A DNA stretch of 64,000 bases from an uncultured Aminicenantes bacterium (GCA_965195285.1 CBDAFS010000061.1:1-64000); one strand, 5' to 3'; positions 9,801 to 19,031 are shown, numbered from the stretch's first letter. Program-made: numbers and translations. Notes: generated by a model from the sequence alone, not told the origin.

Positions 9801-11049
9801 TCATGTGATCAAGAAATTTTCTCAATATTTTTAACTCTTCATTGAATGTGATCTTAATACCTTTTATAACACTTGAATTTCTTAATGAAACAAATGTGGA
9901 ATTTGAATGAATATATTTTTTACTTATTAAATGATCTATACTATTAATCTCATTTTTATTAAATATTAAGTGCAATATTTTAATTGGAATTGGAATAAAA
10001 ATAATTAAAAATATTTTCAGAATATTAATTTCACTTTTACTTAGTATAGTATTTCTCTCTTTATAATTTTTTATAAAATACTTTTTAAGTAAATTTTCTG
10101 GCTTTTCATTTAATATAAGATCAAAATCAAGAAAATCATTATTATTAAAGATAATAAGAGTGATATTGGTTAGATTTGAATAATCCATCAAATATTTGAC
10201 AAATTCAATATCTTTTCTATTTTCAAAAGTATCAATTAGTAGCACAATTGACTTAAAAATCGATTTGCTTAAATAAATATCAATTAATTCAACAATACTA
10301 TCAAAATCATCTATTTCATTTATTTTATTAAAAAAGAATTTACATACAACCTTTTGAAGAGAATCAGATTTTCCAATTTTATTTAGTAGAAAAACATCAG
10401 CATGAAGTAAATGCTGAACAATATTTGTTTCAATAATTTTTTTTTGGATTTTGTTTTCTGTTTTTACTAGTATTTTTAAATTTGTTTTATTTTGGGAATG
10501 ATCAAATTCAAATAGATTCAATATATTTGATGCAAAATCACTATATTTATAGAAATAATAACTATTTTCATCAAATCGTTGTTTGTTTAATATACTTTTA
10601 AATATTTCATAATAGTTATCATGATTCAAGTCTTTAAAAAATTTATTGGTAATTAATAAATCAAATATATAACTTAATTTAATCTCACATTTTTTTTCAA
10701 TACAAATCGGAAATTTTAAATTTTCATACTGGTAGATAAATTTTTCAAAATTAATAAAATCAATAGCAAGTTTTTTTGCAATTTCATATATAATTATAAA
10801 TTGAATAAACAACTTCTTAATTTTCGATTCTTTTAGATTTCCAATTACAATTGATTTTGAGGTGTTTAGCCTTTCCAGCCAAATAATAATTTCAAAGTTA
10901 TTGTTTGTGTAATGAATAACTTTCTGAAATAAATTAGAGTGCATATCAAATATTAAATTTATTCTACTAAGTAAAGACTCTGAAAATGGCAATACAAGTT
11001 TATAGAAATTTTTTTCTGAGTAAATATCTTTAAAGTTTTGCTTTTCCAT
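6871..11049 (-). CDS. Large sigma54-dependent enhancer-binding protein with TPR region, AAA+ domain and Fis HTH
   Basis: ITGESGSGKELVA, GAFTGA, LFLDEIGD, FREDLYFR, WQGNIRELE, C-terminal TAEQLKISRVYL; TPR-like helices at about aa 570-790. Confidence 0.9.
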   Translation of the reverse strand: MEKQNFKDIYSEKNFYKLVLPFSESLLSRINLIFDMHSNLFQKVIHYTNNNFEIIIWLERLNTSKSIVIGNLKESKIKKLFIQFIIIYEIAKKLAIDFINFEKFIYQYENLKFPICIEKKCEIKLSYIFDLLITNKFFKDLNHDNYYEIFKSILNKQRFDENSYYFYKYSDFASNILNLFEFDHSQNKTNLKILVKTENKIQKKIIETNIVQHLLHADVFLLNKIGKSDSLQKVVCKFFFNKINEIDDFDSIVELIDIYLSKSIFKSIVLLIDTFENRKDIEFVKYLMDYSNLTNITLIIFNNNDFLDFDLILNEKPENLLKKYFIKNYKERNTILSKSEINILKIFLIIFIPIPIKILHLIFNKNEINSIDHLISKKYIHSNSTFVSLRNSSVIKGIKITFNEELKILRKFLDHMNSSYVKIKYLIKIKNYHEIKVILSDKLFFDNNDEYKYFEEIKSILLNNINSLSDDIELLKLLTIMMINERDLKAAKLIIQKFKTRDHLFFYLKLAFIYKLEKEYIKMESILIKLEKKISICLRDEYCYLKFVFFEKTSDFNSADLYLRRIKNEYYICLSNLQLSDRLIYNGEFEKAKNLLNETIDYLKQENCYSDELEAYTHLAKLLREEGDYNSAEKIYKNIYIKCEIRNYDLLSAFIGVDIGNFYLRLDDFSRAEFWYFKALKVFRAHKNSNGEILVESNLVEINKIKGNWTEAEIYLKSILKYDRDKKLITSLAIDLYNVGHLEYLRRNYPTSLEFVERSLKIFLSNNHLNGIIECVFLKLIINFIQNLHPFNFSVIKKYWKQLNHDQRIIFSIFEKVSSKYFVGKSSLLINDVKALESKNSRFNLIAIIIEKLCLNKYLKELKLLSKELSKRKKNYYYYEYYWVFFNILDDYEGLKTNEREIFIEMYYFFLRNKRTFTQKIITIKKKIDEQNSINDFFKSVELVGKYLNWKIPEDFFSSFLNELTKKIAINFIKLKIFKNKEPIFNFSDSSKYEELSQEIISQTILRADPLNLTLKEIQKEMQSPERFFFPYKNTKVYFWNMSENIFAILLIAFNTERYYNVDIYENFNDLFFKFGSLFSRFYEYEYAYKRKLNFIIGESIPIKILKKKIVKVSKVDFSLLITGESGSGKELVAKAVHLLSKRSNNSFVPVNYSAIPDNLLEAELFGYKKGAFTGANENRIGLIESANMGTLFLDEIGDIPLYLQGKLLRVLQENEIRRLGDNTIHKVDIRLISATNKNLSELINRNQFREDLYFRIQDLTIMVPSLRERMEDISLLIQHFFKKYGFVIEDEIELNGIIEHFKSFRWQGNIRELESHIKRLITFYPDLDDNSFLNKKFDMSLKNAKAEFEKSFIMHALNKKNWSKVQTAEQLKISRVYLFDLIKKYKIKKED

Positions 11050-11273
11050 TGCCTAAAATATACTAATTTTTATAATTGAATAACTTTTTTTAAATTTCTT
11101 TACATTCATTTTTGTTAATTAAATTATTTTAAAAAGTACTAAATATTAATGTCAATATAATTATTTTTATAATTTCTTTTTTTAGGCTACCGCCACTTAT
11201 TCGACCCTAACTTAATCTATCTTTTTTTAAGAATTAAACTTTAAATAATATTTTCTCAAATTCTTTCCATTAT

Positions 11274-11597
11274 TTAAGTAATATCTCCAACAAATTCATG
11301 ATTTGAAAAACATGTAACTTCTAGTTCACCATTATAAAGAGTTTTATGATTTTCAAGAAGACCTATATTTGAAATAAAAAAGATACCAGTTCCATTAGGT
11401 AATGTAGATCCATTTCCCTTTTTACTACAAACAGAAATCAATGAACACTCACCTGATTGTAGAAAAGATGGTTGAGCTAAAAGGATTATAAGTGCATTTT
11501 CATCTTGGACATAAGATAGTGATTTGATGTAATACAAAAATAGTATTATTAAGATAATTGAAACTATTATGTTTTTTATTCTAGTAACTATTTTCAT
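11274..11597 (-). pseudogene. Probable decayed or truncated secreted Ig-like (Big_1/invasin-type) protein
   Basis: Hydrophobic N-terminus, then AQPSFLQSGECSLISVCSKKGNGSTLPNGTGIFFISNIG...NGELEVTC, resembling Big_1 strands; stops after ~107 aa; the downstream sequence is stop-rich. Confidence 0.45.
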
Positions 11598-11647
11598 CCA
11601 ACTTAAACACTTACCATTCAATAAAAACAAGTTCAAGACCCAATATT

Positions 11648-11995
11648 CTACTTTTTTTTTAAAATTCTGTAGTGATGTGGATTTAGTCCATATATTTTTT
11701 TGAATTTGGTCCTGAATTGCTGGCATTTTTTAATTCCGATTTTTTGAGAAATTTGAGTAATGGTAAGATCTTGTCTTGTTTTCAAAAGTGTTTGGGCTTG
11801 CAAAATGCGTACAAAATTAATGTATTCCGACAGTAAAAATTTGGTACCTTTTTTAAATTTTCTCGATAAATAGCAATGATTTACCTCAAATTTACTTGCA
11901 ATCTTGTATACAGTTATTTCAGAAAGTTCAGTTAAATTCATGGTAAGAATATAATCAATAACCCTTGGGACCATATCATTCTTATTCATTTTCAC
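11648..11995 (-). CDS. Stand-alone AraC-family HTH regulator (MarA/SoxS-sized)
   Basis: IASKFEVNHCYLSRKFKK, LTITQISQKIG...FRTKFKKIYGLNPHHYR; GTG start 8 nt after AAGGAG. Confidence 0.85.
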   Translation of the reverse strand: MKMNKNDMVPRVIDYILTMNLTELSEITVYKIASKFEVNHCYLSRKFKKGTKFLLSEYINFVRILQAQTLLKTRQDLTITQISQKIGIKKCQQFRTKFKKIYGLNPHHYRILKKK

Positions 11996-12096
11996 TTAAG
12001 AATCTCCTTACACCAACATAATACAAAACTCCAATTCATATATCCGATTCGATATTTAATATTTTCCCCCTTTTAAAAAGTGGAAAAGTTATATAA

Positions 12097-12112
12097 AGCA
12101 ATTTTGATGCCA
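12097..12112 (-). promoter_or_regulatory. Sigma54 (-24/-12) promoter
   Basis: Minus strand reads TGGCATCAAAATTGCT, matching TGGCAC-N5-TTGC(A/T), ~100 bp upstream of the araC gene. Confidence 0.75.
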
Positions 12113-12265
12113 GGGGTGGGATTTGGGTGAAAGGGTGATTCTACAAGGCTTTGGGAAATTTGGTTAGAAAAAAGTGTTTATTTGAATGTTGCGTTTTGGA
12201 TCATGACAAAAATTATAAACCGACAAAACCCTTTGATATCAATAGTTTCGGGGATTGTTCAATTT

Positions 12266-12282
12266 TGTCTTGTTTTAAGACA
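12266..12282. promoter_or_regulatory. Candidate upstream activator sequence for the sigma54 promoter
   Basis: Inverted repeat TGTCTT-N5-AAGACA, ~155 bp upstream of the -24 element. Confidence 0.45.
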
Positions 12283-12457
12283 GGGTTTTGGGGAAATCCC
12301 GGTTTCTCTTACCCAATGGTCATGAAACTATTTTTAAAATTGTAGCACTTTGAAACATAGAGAAATCTAAATCAAAATGTCAAGGCCTGGCACTGAAGAT
12401 CAGAATGTCTGCACCTGAGGTTAAGGTAAAGGTTGAGGTGAAGTGAAAAACAGACAT

Positions 12458-12537
12458 GTAGAGGCAAGCGGCGGCTTGCCCTCAATATTGCACAAATATC
12501 GATATTTCAAGCCGGGCGAATTGCCATTCGCCCCTAC
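12458..12537. repeat. GTAG-type REP doublet (REPIN-like), copy 1
   Basis: GTAG-AGGCAAGC-GGCG-GCTTGCCC ... GGGCGAAT-TGCC-ATTCGCCC-CTAC; 77/80 identical to 18834-18913. Confidence 0.85.
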
Positions 12538-12677
12538 TGCAATCCTCTCACGACTAACGATTTATGCCTTTTGATTCACTCAACCCCCAGATCCCATATC
12601 CCAAATCCCTCTTAACCTTTGCCTGTTATTGAGATCAACAAACAAAAACTTGTTTGTCAACCCCTGTCCCCGATAAT

Positions 12678-14129
12678 TTACTGCTGGCTGTGGGTAAAAT
12701 ATATGATGCTTCCGGCTTTGGTAGTTAAATAAATATTACCTTCATAATCCAGAGTGATATCTCCGTAACCTGGCGGTATCTGAAGCGGAATTGAAGGCTC
12801 CCAGGTTGATCCACGATCAATTGAACGACGGTAAAAAGCTCCACCACCGGAGCGATAGTAATAAAGGTTGACATTTCCTGCGTCATCTACGGCCAGTGCG
12901 GCCTGCAGAAAATAACTCGTATGATCTGCCAGGCTCATTACCCCCTGCCAGTTAAGTCCGCCGTTATCGGATCTCCTGAACAAAATATGATATATATTGT
13001 TAATTTGTTCCTCCCAAATGATATATACAGCTCCCAACCTATCAACAGCAATATCAGGATATCTGAACTCAACATCGTTGAAAGACAACATAATCGGATT
13101 TCCCCAACTTACTCCAAAGTCCGGAGAATGGTTAAAAAATATCTGGCTGGAATTAGAAGTAAGACTAGAATCAAGCCATACTACAGAAACCCTTCCACCG
13201 GTATCCACAGCCATTCTCTCCAGTCTGGAATGTTCGGGAGTATTGCTTATATTTACAGGTGCGCTCCAGCTACTTCCAGCATCGTCAGAATGAATAAAAA
13301 AGATATTGCACTCAGCAGTCAACATATAGCTGTTGAATACCACCGCAATTTTGTCAATATTATAGTTGTAAAGTCCAATATCGGAGTATTTGGCATAAAT
13401 GGCAAAATTCCAGGTTAAATTAATCAGAGAACTCCAGGAATCACCCCGGTCAGTGGAGCGCAAAAAATATAGATCATAGAGGCCGTCTGAGGATGTTTGT
13501 CTGGCATAAACGATATTAATATTCGATGTATCAACTGCAATCGCGGGATAAAAGTTTCCCAAATTGCAAGGCTGGGGTAGCTCATGCATCTTAATCCAGG
13601 TTAATCCTAAATCTTCAGATCGAATAAAATACACATAACCTTCAAGGTCAACCGGATCACATTCACCCCAGACAATATTTATATTTTTTTCAAGATCAAC
13701 ATCGATTTTTCCGTTTCTACTGATTGGACAATTCTGAGAAACCTGATCCGAGACCTTAAAATAATTGGGGAAATCATGCAGAAGCTTGACATTGAAATAT
13801 AATGTACCGGATTTTTTACCGCTGACAGTGTCCCAGGCCACAACCGGAATGGACACTCCTCCGGTGGCAATATCCTGGAGAAAGATCCGGCACTGTAACT
13901 CTTCCTCGCTCATGACGACCGTTGATTTCTGGATTCCGTTAAAAACAATAACCGTGCTTTCTGTAAAATTTGCTCCGGTTGCTGTCAGAGTAAAATCGGG
14001 CATATGGTATACCTTGGTGTCCGGTGTTAAAGATGACAAGGTCAGCACCGTATTTGGACAACTAACCAGAATTAACAATAAACCCAATCCAATAATAGAC
14101 AATACAGCTTTATGCATTTTTCGCTTCAT
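12678..14129 (-). CDS. Lipoprotein with IPT/TIG-like domain and BNR/Asp-box (sialidase-fold) beta-propeller, paralog A
   Basis: Lipobox LVSC; FTLTATGANF...VIVFNG; six Asp-boxes (RSEDLGLTW, RSTDRGDSW, HSDDAGSSW, HSPDFGVSW, RSDNGGLNW, RSIDRGSTW). Confidence 0.85.
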   Translation of the reverse strand: MKRKMHKAVLSIIGLGLLLILVSCPNTVLTLSSLTPDTKVYHMPDFTLTATGANFTESTVIVFNGIQKSTVVMSEEELQCRIFLQDIATGGVSIPVVAWDTVSGKKSGTLYFNVKLLHDFPNYFKVSDQVSQNCPISRNGKIDVDLEKNINIVWGECDPVDLEGYVYFIRSEDLGLTWIKMHELPQPCNLGNFYPAIAVDTSNINIVYARQTSSDGLYDLYFLRSTDRGDSWSSLINLTWNFAIYAKYSDIGLYNYNIDKIAVVFNSYMLTAECNIFFIHSDDAGSSWSAPVNISNTPEHSRLERMAVDTGGRVSVVWLDSSLTSNSSQIFFNHSPDFGVSWGNPIMLSFNDVEFRYPDIAVDRLGAVYIIWEEQINNIYHILFRRSDNGGLNWQGVMSLADHTSYFLQAALAVDDAGNVNLYYYRSGGGAFYRRSIDRGSTWEPSIPLQIPPGYGDITLDYEGNIYLTTKAGSIIYFTHSQQ

Positions 14130-14196
14130 TTTGATTCCCCCTATATAAATATTAAGTTAATTCCTGTTTGTTTCAAAAAAAATATATCCTGCACTC

Positions 14197-14266
14197 CACC
14201 TTTATCTTTACCTTTACCTGAGATTTAGGTCATAGAGCATGATATCATTTGTCAAGGCCTGACCTT
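14197..14266 (+). repeat. ~70-bp direct repeat, second copy at 17130-17201
   Basis: CCTTTATCTTTACCTTTACCTGAGATT...AGAGCAT...CATTTGTCAAGGCCTG occurs upstream of both IPT-BNR paralogs. Confidence 0.8.
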
Positions 14267-14271
14267 GATAT

Positions 14272-15366
14272 CTAATAAGGCTTAAAGGCGATGCCTAAGA
14301 TTTTATCCGGTGATGCCGGAAATGTGGTGACCAGTGACCAGTTTATCCCGTCAATGGAATCCATAACCAACCCCTCACCGGAAGCAGTATACCCGATTGC
14401 AACAAATTTGTTTCCTCCAAAAACAACATCATTTATACCAAAACCACCTGCGATAGCTGGGGCAGTTCCTTCCTGCCAGGTAATCCCTCCATTAAGGGAA
14501 TACCAGACCAATCCTTGCCCAGTAATCACCCATTTTCCATTGCCATAGGCCACTCCCATCAAATGTTCAACTAAATCTGTTGCCGGAGTTGCTGCTGTCC
14601 AGCCGGCTCCATTGTCTGAATAAACAATGGTCGCAAACATTCCAACCGCAACAAAGCGGCCGTTTCCATATCCTACTCCCCATAAGGTCTCAGAGGTCCT
14701 TCCTGAAGAAGCCCCATACCAGTTATCCCCTCCGTCCTGGGACCAGATAATATTGTGTACGATTACCGGGGGATTAATGTCCGGTGGCTGAGGATCTACA
14801 TCGCCCACCGCCACAAAACGGCTTACGCTATTTCCCTGTATAACCACTGTACCGAAAGCGACCATATTTAAATCCGTTGTTGTTTGGGTATCCGAAGCCA
14901 GAGTCCAGTCAACCCCGCCGTTGGTAGAAAAATAAGCCATACCGTCAGTCCCAACCGCCACGTAATGGGCGACCCAGGGCTGGGTCCAGGTATTGCTTTC
15001 TCCGCCGGCAATACCCCAAAAAACTCCACACCCATAAGTATTTCCCCGGGTCCAGGTCATGCCATCCTCAGAAAAATACACACCCTTATCTGAACCCACC
15101 GCAACAAAGCGGTCATAATAATAGGTTATATTGGTTAAAGACGAATCGTTAACATAATAACTATTGGTACTATCCCAGACCGTCCCATCTTCCGAGCTTT
15201 GCAGTACGCCGCTATCAACATTGATTTGACCGGAAACACCGCTAACAATGACAAAATGGACTTCAAAATCATCCCCCGGATCGCAGGCTGAAAATAAAAA
15301 ACAACAGGTCACACTAAAAACGATTAGAATATACTTAATAAAACCGTAATTTTTAATTTTTCCCAT
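14272..15366 (-). CDS. Lipoprotein with WD40/YVTN/BNR-like (Ycf48-like) beta-propeller repeats
   Basis: Lipobox FSAC; repeats such as VGYGNGRFVAVG...YSDNGAGWT and SEDGMTWT. Confidence 0.85.
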   Translation of the reverse strand: MGKIKNYGFIKYILIVFSVTCCFLFSACDPGDDFEVHFVIVSGVSGQINVDSGVLQSSEDGTVWDSTNSYYVNDSSLTNITYYYDRFVAVGSDKGVYFSEDGMTWTRGNTYGCGVFWGIAGGESNTWTQPWVAHYVAVGTDGMAYFSTNGGVDWTLASDTQTTTDLNMVAFGTVVIQGNSVSRFVAVGDVDPQPPDINPPVIVHNIIWSQDGGDNWYGASSGRTSETLWGVGYGNGRFVAVGMFATIVYSDNGAGWTAATPATDLVEHLMGVAYGNGKWVITGQGLVWYSLNGGITWQEGTAPAIAGGFGINDVVFGGNKFVAIGYTASGEGLVMDSIDGINWSLVTTFPASPDKILGIAFKPY

Positions 15367-15594
15367 ATTTCCCTCCCTTTCTTTTTATTATAAATAAAAT
15401 AAAGCAATTTTTCAACAAGAATGAAATAGACGCCACTCCTTTATTGAATAAAAAAGCAGCGACCGTCCCACACCCTCACATCCCATGTTTGTCAAGGCCT
15501 GGCCCTGCTGGGTGAATGAGTCAATGGGCGGATGGGTTAAAACTGAGGTTAAGTTCAATGAGCACGATTCTATTTGTCAAGCCCTGACCCTTTT

Positions 15595-17061
15595 TTACTG
15601 CTGGCTGTATATAAAATAGATGGAGTTACCGCTCACGATAGTCAAATAAATATTTCCTTCATCATCCAGAGTGATGTCACCGCTGCCCGGTGGCGGCAAC
15701 GGCATAGAGATCGCCGGTTCCCAGTTTCTGCCGCGATCAATTGAACGCCTGAAAAAACAGCCGTCGCTATTGTAGTAATACAAATTTACATTTCCGGCAG
15801 TGTCGGCGGCAATGACTGCCTGCATCGAATTACTCGAATTTTCTGCAAGGCTCACCGGTGCTGTCCAGGTATTGCCGTCATCATCCGAATGTCTAAATGA
15901 AACAGTGTATATATTATTATCTCCTTTCTGTTCCACCCATACCGCATAAACACACCCGGGCTCTCCGACTTCGACATCGGGGTATCTGAATTCAACAGGG
16001 TTGTAAGACAGCAACATCGGATTTCCCCAGGTTGCTCCAAAATCCGGAGAATGATTAAAGAATGTTTCTTTAGAATTAGTACCGGAAATATTATCCAGCC
16101 ACACCACATAAATTTCTCCCCCGGTATCTACAGCCATTCTTTCCAGCCTGGAATGTTCCGCAGTATCGTTTACTTTTACCGGCAAACTCCACGAAGCTCC
16201 GCTGTTACTGGAATGGACAAAATAGATGTCGCATTGGGCACTCCACATATAGCTGTTGAATACCACCGCTATATTTTCAACATTATTGTATTCGCTAATT
16301 TTAATATCGGAATATTTGGCATAACTTGTATATCCCGATGTCACATTCAGGGGAACGGTCCAGTGGATTCCCTCCCCCTCCTGGGAGCGCAAAAAATACA
16401 GGTCATAGGTGCCGTCTGAGGTTGTCTGCTTGGCATAAACGATATTAATATTCAACGATCTGTCAACTGCAATCGCAGGATAAAAGTTGCCCAAATTCGC
16501 AGGCTGGGGTATCTCCTGGCTATTGATCCAGGTTAATCCTAAATCTTCCGAACGAATAAAATAGACATAACCTTCCCCATCAGGCGGTTGGCCTTCCTCC
16601 CAGACAACGTTGACGTTTTTTTCATAATCCACTGCAATTTTAGCGCTGCGAGTGATAGGGCAATATTGGGAAAGGCTTGAGCTTGCCCGTACAGGACCGG
16701 AAAACGTATGCACCTGCTCGACCCTAAAGTACAAGGTATTGGATTCATTACCGCTGACTGTATCTCTTACCACAACCTGGAGGGACGCCCCCCCGATGGC
16801 AATATCCTGGGGATAGATCTGGCAATTTAACTCTGTGCTGCTCACAAAGACCGTTGTTTTCTGGATTCCGTCAAAAACAATAACCGTATCCGATGAAAAA
16901 TCAGTCCCGGTAGCTGTCAGGGTAAATTCGGGCATATGGTATACCTTTGTGTCCGGTGTCAACAATGACAGGGTCGGCACCGGATTGGGACAATTTATCA
17001 AAACAATAACCAAACTCAACCAGAATAAAGATAGAAAAATCTTTTTAATTTTTGTTTTCAT
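15595..17061 (-). CDS. Lipoprotein with IPT/TIG-like domain and BNR/Asp-box beta-propeller, paralog B
   Basis: Colinear with 12678-14129 over its whole length (LTPDTKVYHMP, GYVYFIRSEDLGLTWI, EHSRLERMAVDTGG, final SQQ). Confidence 0.85.
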   Translation of the reverse strand: MKTKIKKIFLSLFWLSLVIVLINCPNPVPTLSLLTPDTKVYHMPEFTLTATGTDFSSDTVIVFDGIQKTTVFVSSTELNCQIYPQDIAIGGASLQVVVRDTVSGNESNTLYFRVEQVHTFSGPVRASSSLSQYCPITRSAKIAVDYEKNVNVVWEEGQPPDGEGYVYFIRSEDLGLTWINSQEIPQPANLGNFYPAIAVDRSLNINIVYAKQTTSDGTYDLYFLRSQEGEGIHWTVPLNVTSGYTSYAKYSDIKISEYNNVENIAVVFNSYMWSAQCDIYFVHSSNSGASWSLPVKVNDTAEHSRLERMAVDTGGEIYVVWLDNISGTNSKETFFNHSPDFGATWGNPMLLSYNPVEFRYPDVEVGEPGCVYAVWVEQKGDNNIYTVSFRHSDDDGNTWTAPVSLAENSSNSMQAVIAADTAGNVNLYYYNSDGCFFRRSIDRGRNWEPAISMPLPPPGSGDITLDDEGNIYLTIVSGNSIYFIYSQQ

Positions 17062-17366
17062 TCTTTCCTCCCCAATGAATAATAATAATGTAAATCCTAT
17101 ATAATAACAACAATAAAACGTTCTTCACTTTACCTTTATCTTTACCTTTACCTGAGATTAAGGATCACAGAGCATAAAACCATTTGTCAAGGCCTGGCCC
17201 CAGAAGAGGTCGATGGGTGAATGAGTCAATGAGTGGATGGGTTAAAACTGAGGTTAAGGTAAAGGCTGAGGTGAAGTAAGAAATCGATTCGTAACTCCAA
17301 TTCAGTACTTGAATTTTTTTTATTGAAATGATATAAAGAAATCAGAGAATAACTTGGGAGGGGAAA

Positions 17367-18380
17367 ATGAATTTAAAATTTTTCGTAGTTGTAATTTTGA
17401 GCTTTTTATTGATATGCTGCTCAACAATTGATTCGGAAGAGAATGATGAACCACAGGTGTCAACATCAAAGGTTGTGGTATTTGATAATTTTGATCCGGA
17501 TTACAACAATCCGCCATTCGGGGATAAAGTAACCATCATGAACACAGATGGGCTTGTCGAAAACACAATTACCGGATTCAATAATTGCCAGAATGTCGGC
17601 GGTAACCGGGTACTATCGGTTTCCGATGATGGTCAGAGCTTTGTCGTCTGCGAAATGGTGACCTACAGCGATCAAAAAATATCCAAGTATGATATTTCCG
17701 GAAACCTGATTCTCAGTATCCCAGGAAATTTCACCTCGGTCAGTATGCATGACAACTTCATATATGCGTTCAGCGGCCATACCATTTCTGTATACACGAT
17801 GTACAAAATTGATGCATCCGGCAATATTATTATCCAAAATGAAGTGGGGCAATTTGACCATGTTGTCGATCCGATAAACGAGGTTTTGTGGACCGTTGGC
17901 GGCCTAATCTTAAAAGCAGATCTGAATCTGAATGAACTGATGAGGACTGATCCCATAAACTGGTGTGCCGTCTCGGTTGATGTGAATACGGATGGTTCGA
18001 TATGGGTGGCTGAAAGAAAACATCCTGAAGTGGCAGGAAGCGAGAACAGGTTATTGAAGATTTCCCCCTCTGGCGAAACCCTTCAGGTAATTGATCAGGA
18101 TTCATATCCGATGTGTATACGCGTCAATAAATCCACCGGTAATTTCTGGGCAACCGGAGAATTTGGACTAAAAAAATTCGATCCGCTCGGCAATGAAATC
18201 ATTTCAATTACCGAACTTAGAGGCTTTACCATTGCCATTGATCCTTTTGACAATTCAATTTGGGTAGGATGTTGGGGTAATGTTCGGCACTATTCCAGTG
18301 ACGGTTTGCAACTTGGTATTTATACCGATGGATTTTCAATTGATGATCAGAAACGGGTAGGCATAGCCGTCTCCAATTGA
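17367..18380 (+). CDS. Lipoprotein with NHL/YVTN-like beta-propeller
   Basis: Signal peptide ending LLICC; repeats such as AVSVDVNTDGSIWVAE and IAIDPFDNSIWVG. Confidence 0.75.
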   Translation: MNLKFFVVVILSFLLICCSTIDSEENDEPQVSTSKVVVFDNFDPDYNNPPFGDKVTIMNTDGLVENTITGFNNCQNVGGNRVLSVSDDGQSFVVCEMVTYSDQKISKYDISGNLILSIPGNFTSVSMHDNFIYAFSGHTISVYTMYKIDASGNIIIQNEVGQFDHVVDPINEVLWTVGGLILKADLNLNELMRTDPINWCAVSVDVNTDGSIWVAERKHPEVAGSENRLLKISPSGETLQVIDQDSYPMCIRVNKSTGNFWATGEFGLKKFDPLGNEIISITELRGFTIAIDPFDNSIWVGCWGNVRHYSSDGLQLGIYTDGFSIDDQKRVGIAVSN

Positions 18381-18390
18381 TAAAATGATG

Positions 18391-18412
18391 ATCAGGTCTT
18401 TCATTATTGACA
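18391..18412 (+). repeat. RAYT left-end-like site ATCAGGTCTTTCATTATTGACA
   Basis: TCAGgTCTTTCATTAT matches the RAYT inverted repeat TCAGtTCTTTCATTAT at 15/16; 10 bp after the stop at 18380. Confidence 0.7.
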
Positions 18413-18833
18413 TGAGTGGCTGAGAGCTGAGAGGATAAGAAGTTCTGAAGTCAAGAACAAAACAACTTGTTATTCAGTTGTAATTCAATAGTAACTCATA
18501 GTAATTCAGTTGTCATAAATAGTTTTTACAATAGAATTACCATGAATAACGCGAGTGCAACGAGCAAATTACCACGAATTACCATTCACGGCTTACGCCT
18601 TACGACTCACGATTTTTGCTTCTTGATTCACAAGCCCCCAACCCCTAAATCCCAAATCCCGCTTTACCTTTACCTCAGATTAAGGGGGGTAGTCATTAGG
18701 GTCGGTTCTTGAATCTTGAATTTGATTCAATTTGTCAAGGCCTGGCACTTTGGGTAAATGGGAACATGAGTCAATGGGTGGATGGGTTAAGGACTAGGAA
18801 AAGGTATAGGTTTAGGTAAAGAGAAATTGAAAT

Positions 18834-18913
18834 GTAGGGGCAAGCGGCGGCTTGCCCTCAATATTGCATAAATATCGATATTTCAAGCCGGGCGAATTAC
18901 CATTCGCCCCTAC
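18834..18913. repeat. GTAG-type REP doublet (REPIN-like), copy 2
   Basis: GTAGGGGCAAGCGGCGGCTTGCCC...GGGCGAATTACCATTCGCCCCTAC. Confidence 0.85.
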
Positions 18914-19031
18914 AGCTTCTCATCAACACATCTACCCATCTTCCAATTCACGAGTCAGCAAAATATCATTGCTGGGTGCAGGTGGCTTGATGCTGAGGTA
19001 AAGGCAAATGTAAAGTAAAATCGCCCTCTTC

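Noticed and set aside
12678-17061. Diversity-generating retroelement (TR/VR) behind the paralog pair
   Set aside because: Differences are spread over the whole genes and do not look adenine-specific; no reverse transcriptase is present
18467-18712. 81-aa ORF in the spacer (also 12151-12345 and 3066-3404)
   Set aside because: Translations of repeat or regulatory DNA with no RBS or protein-like features
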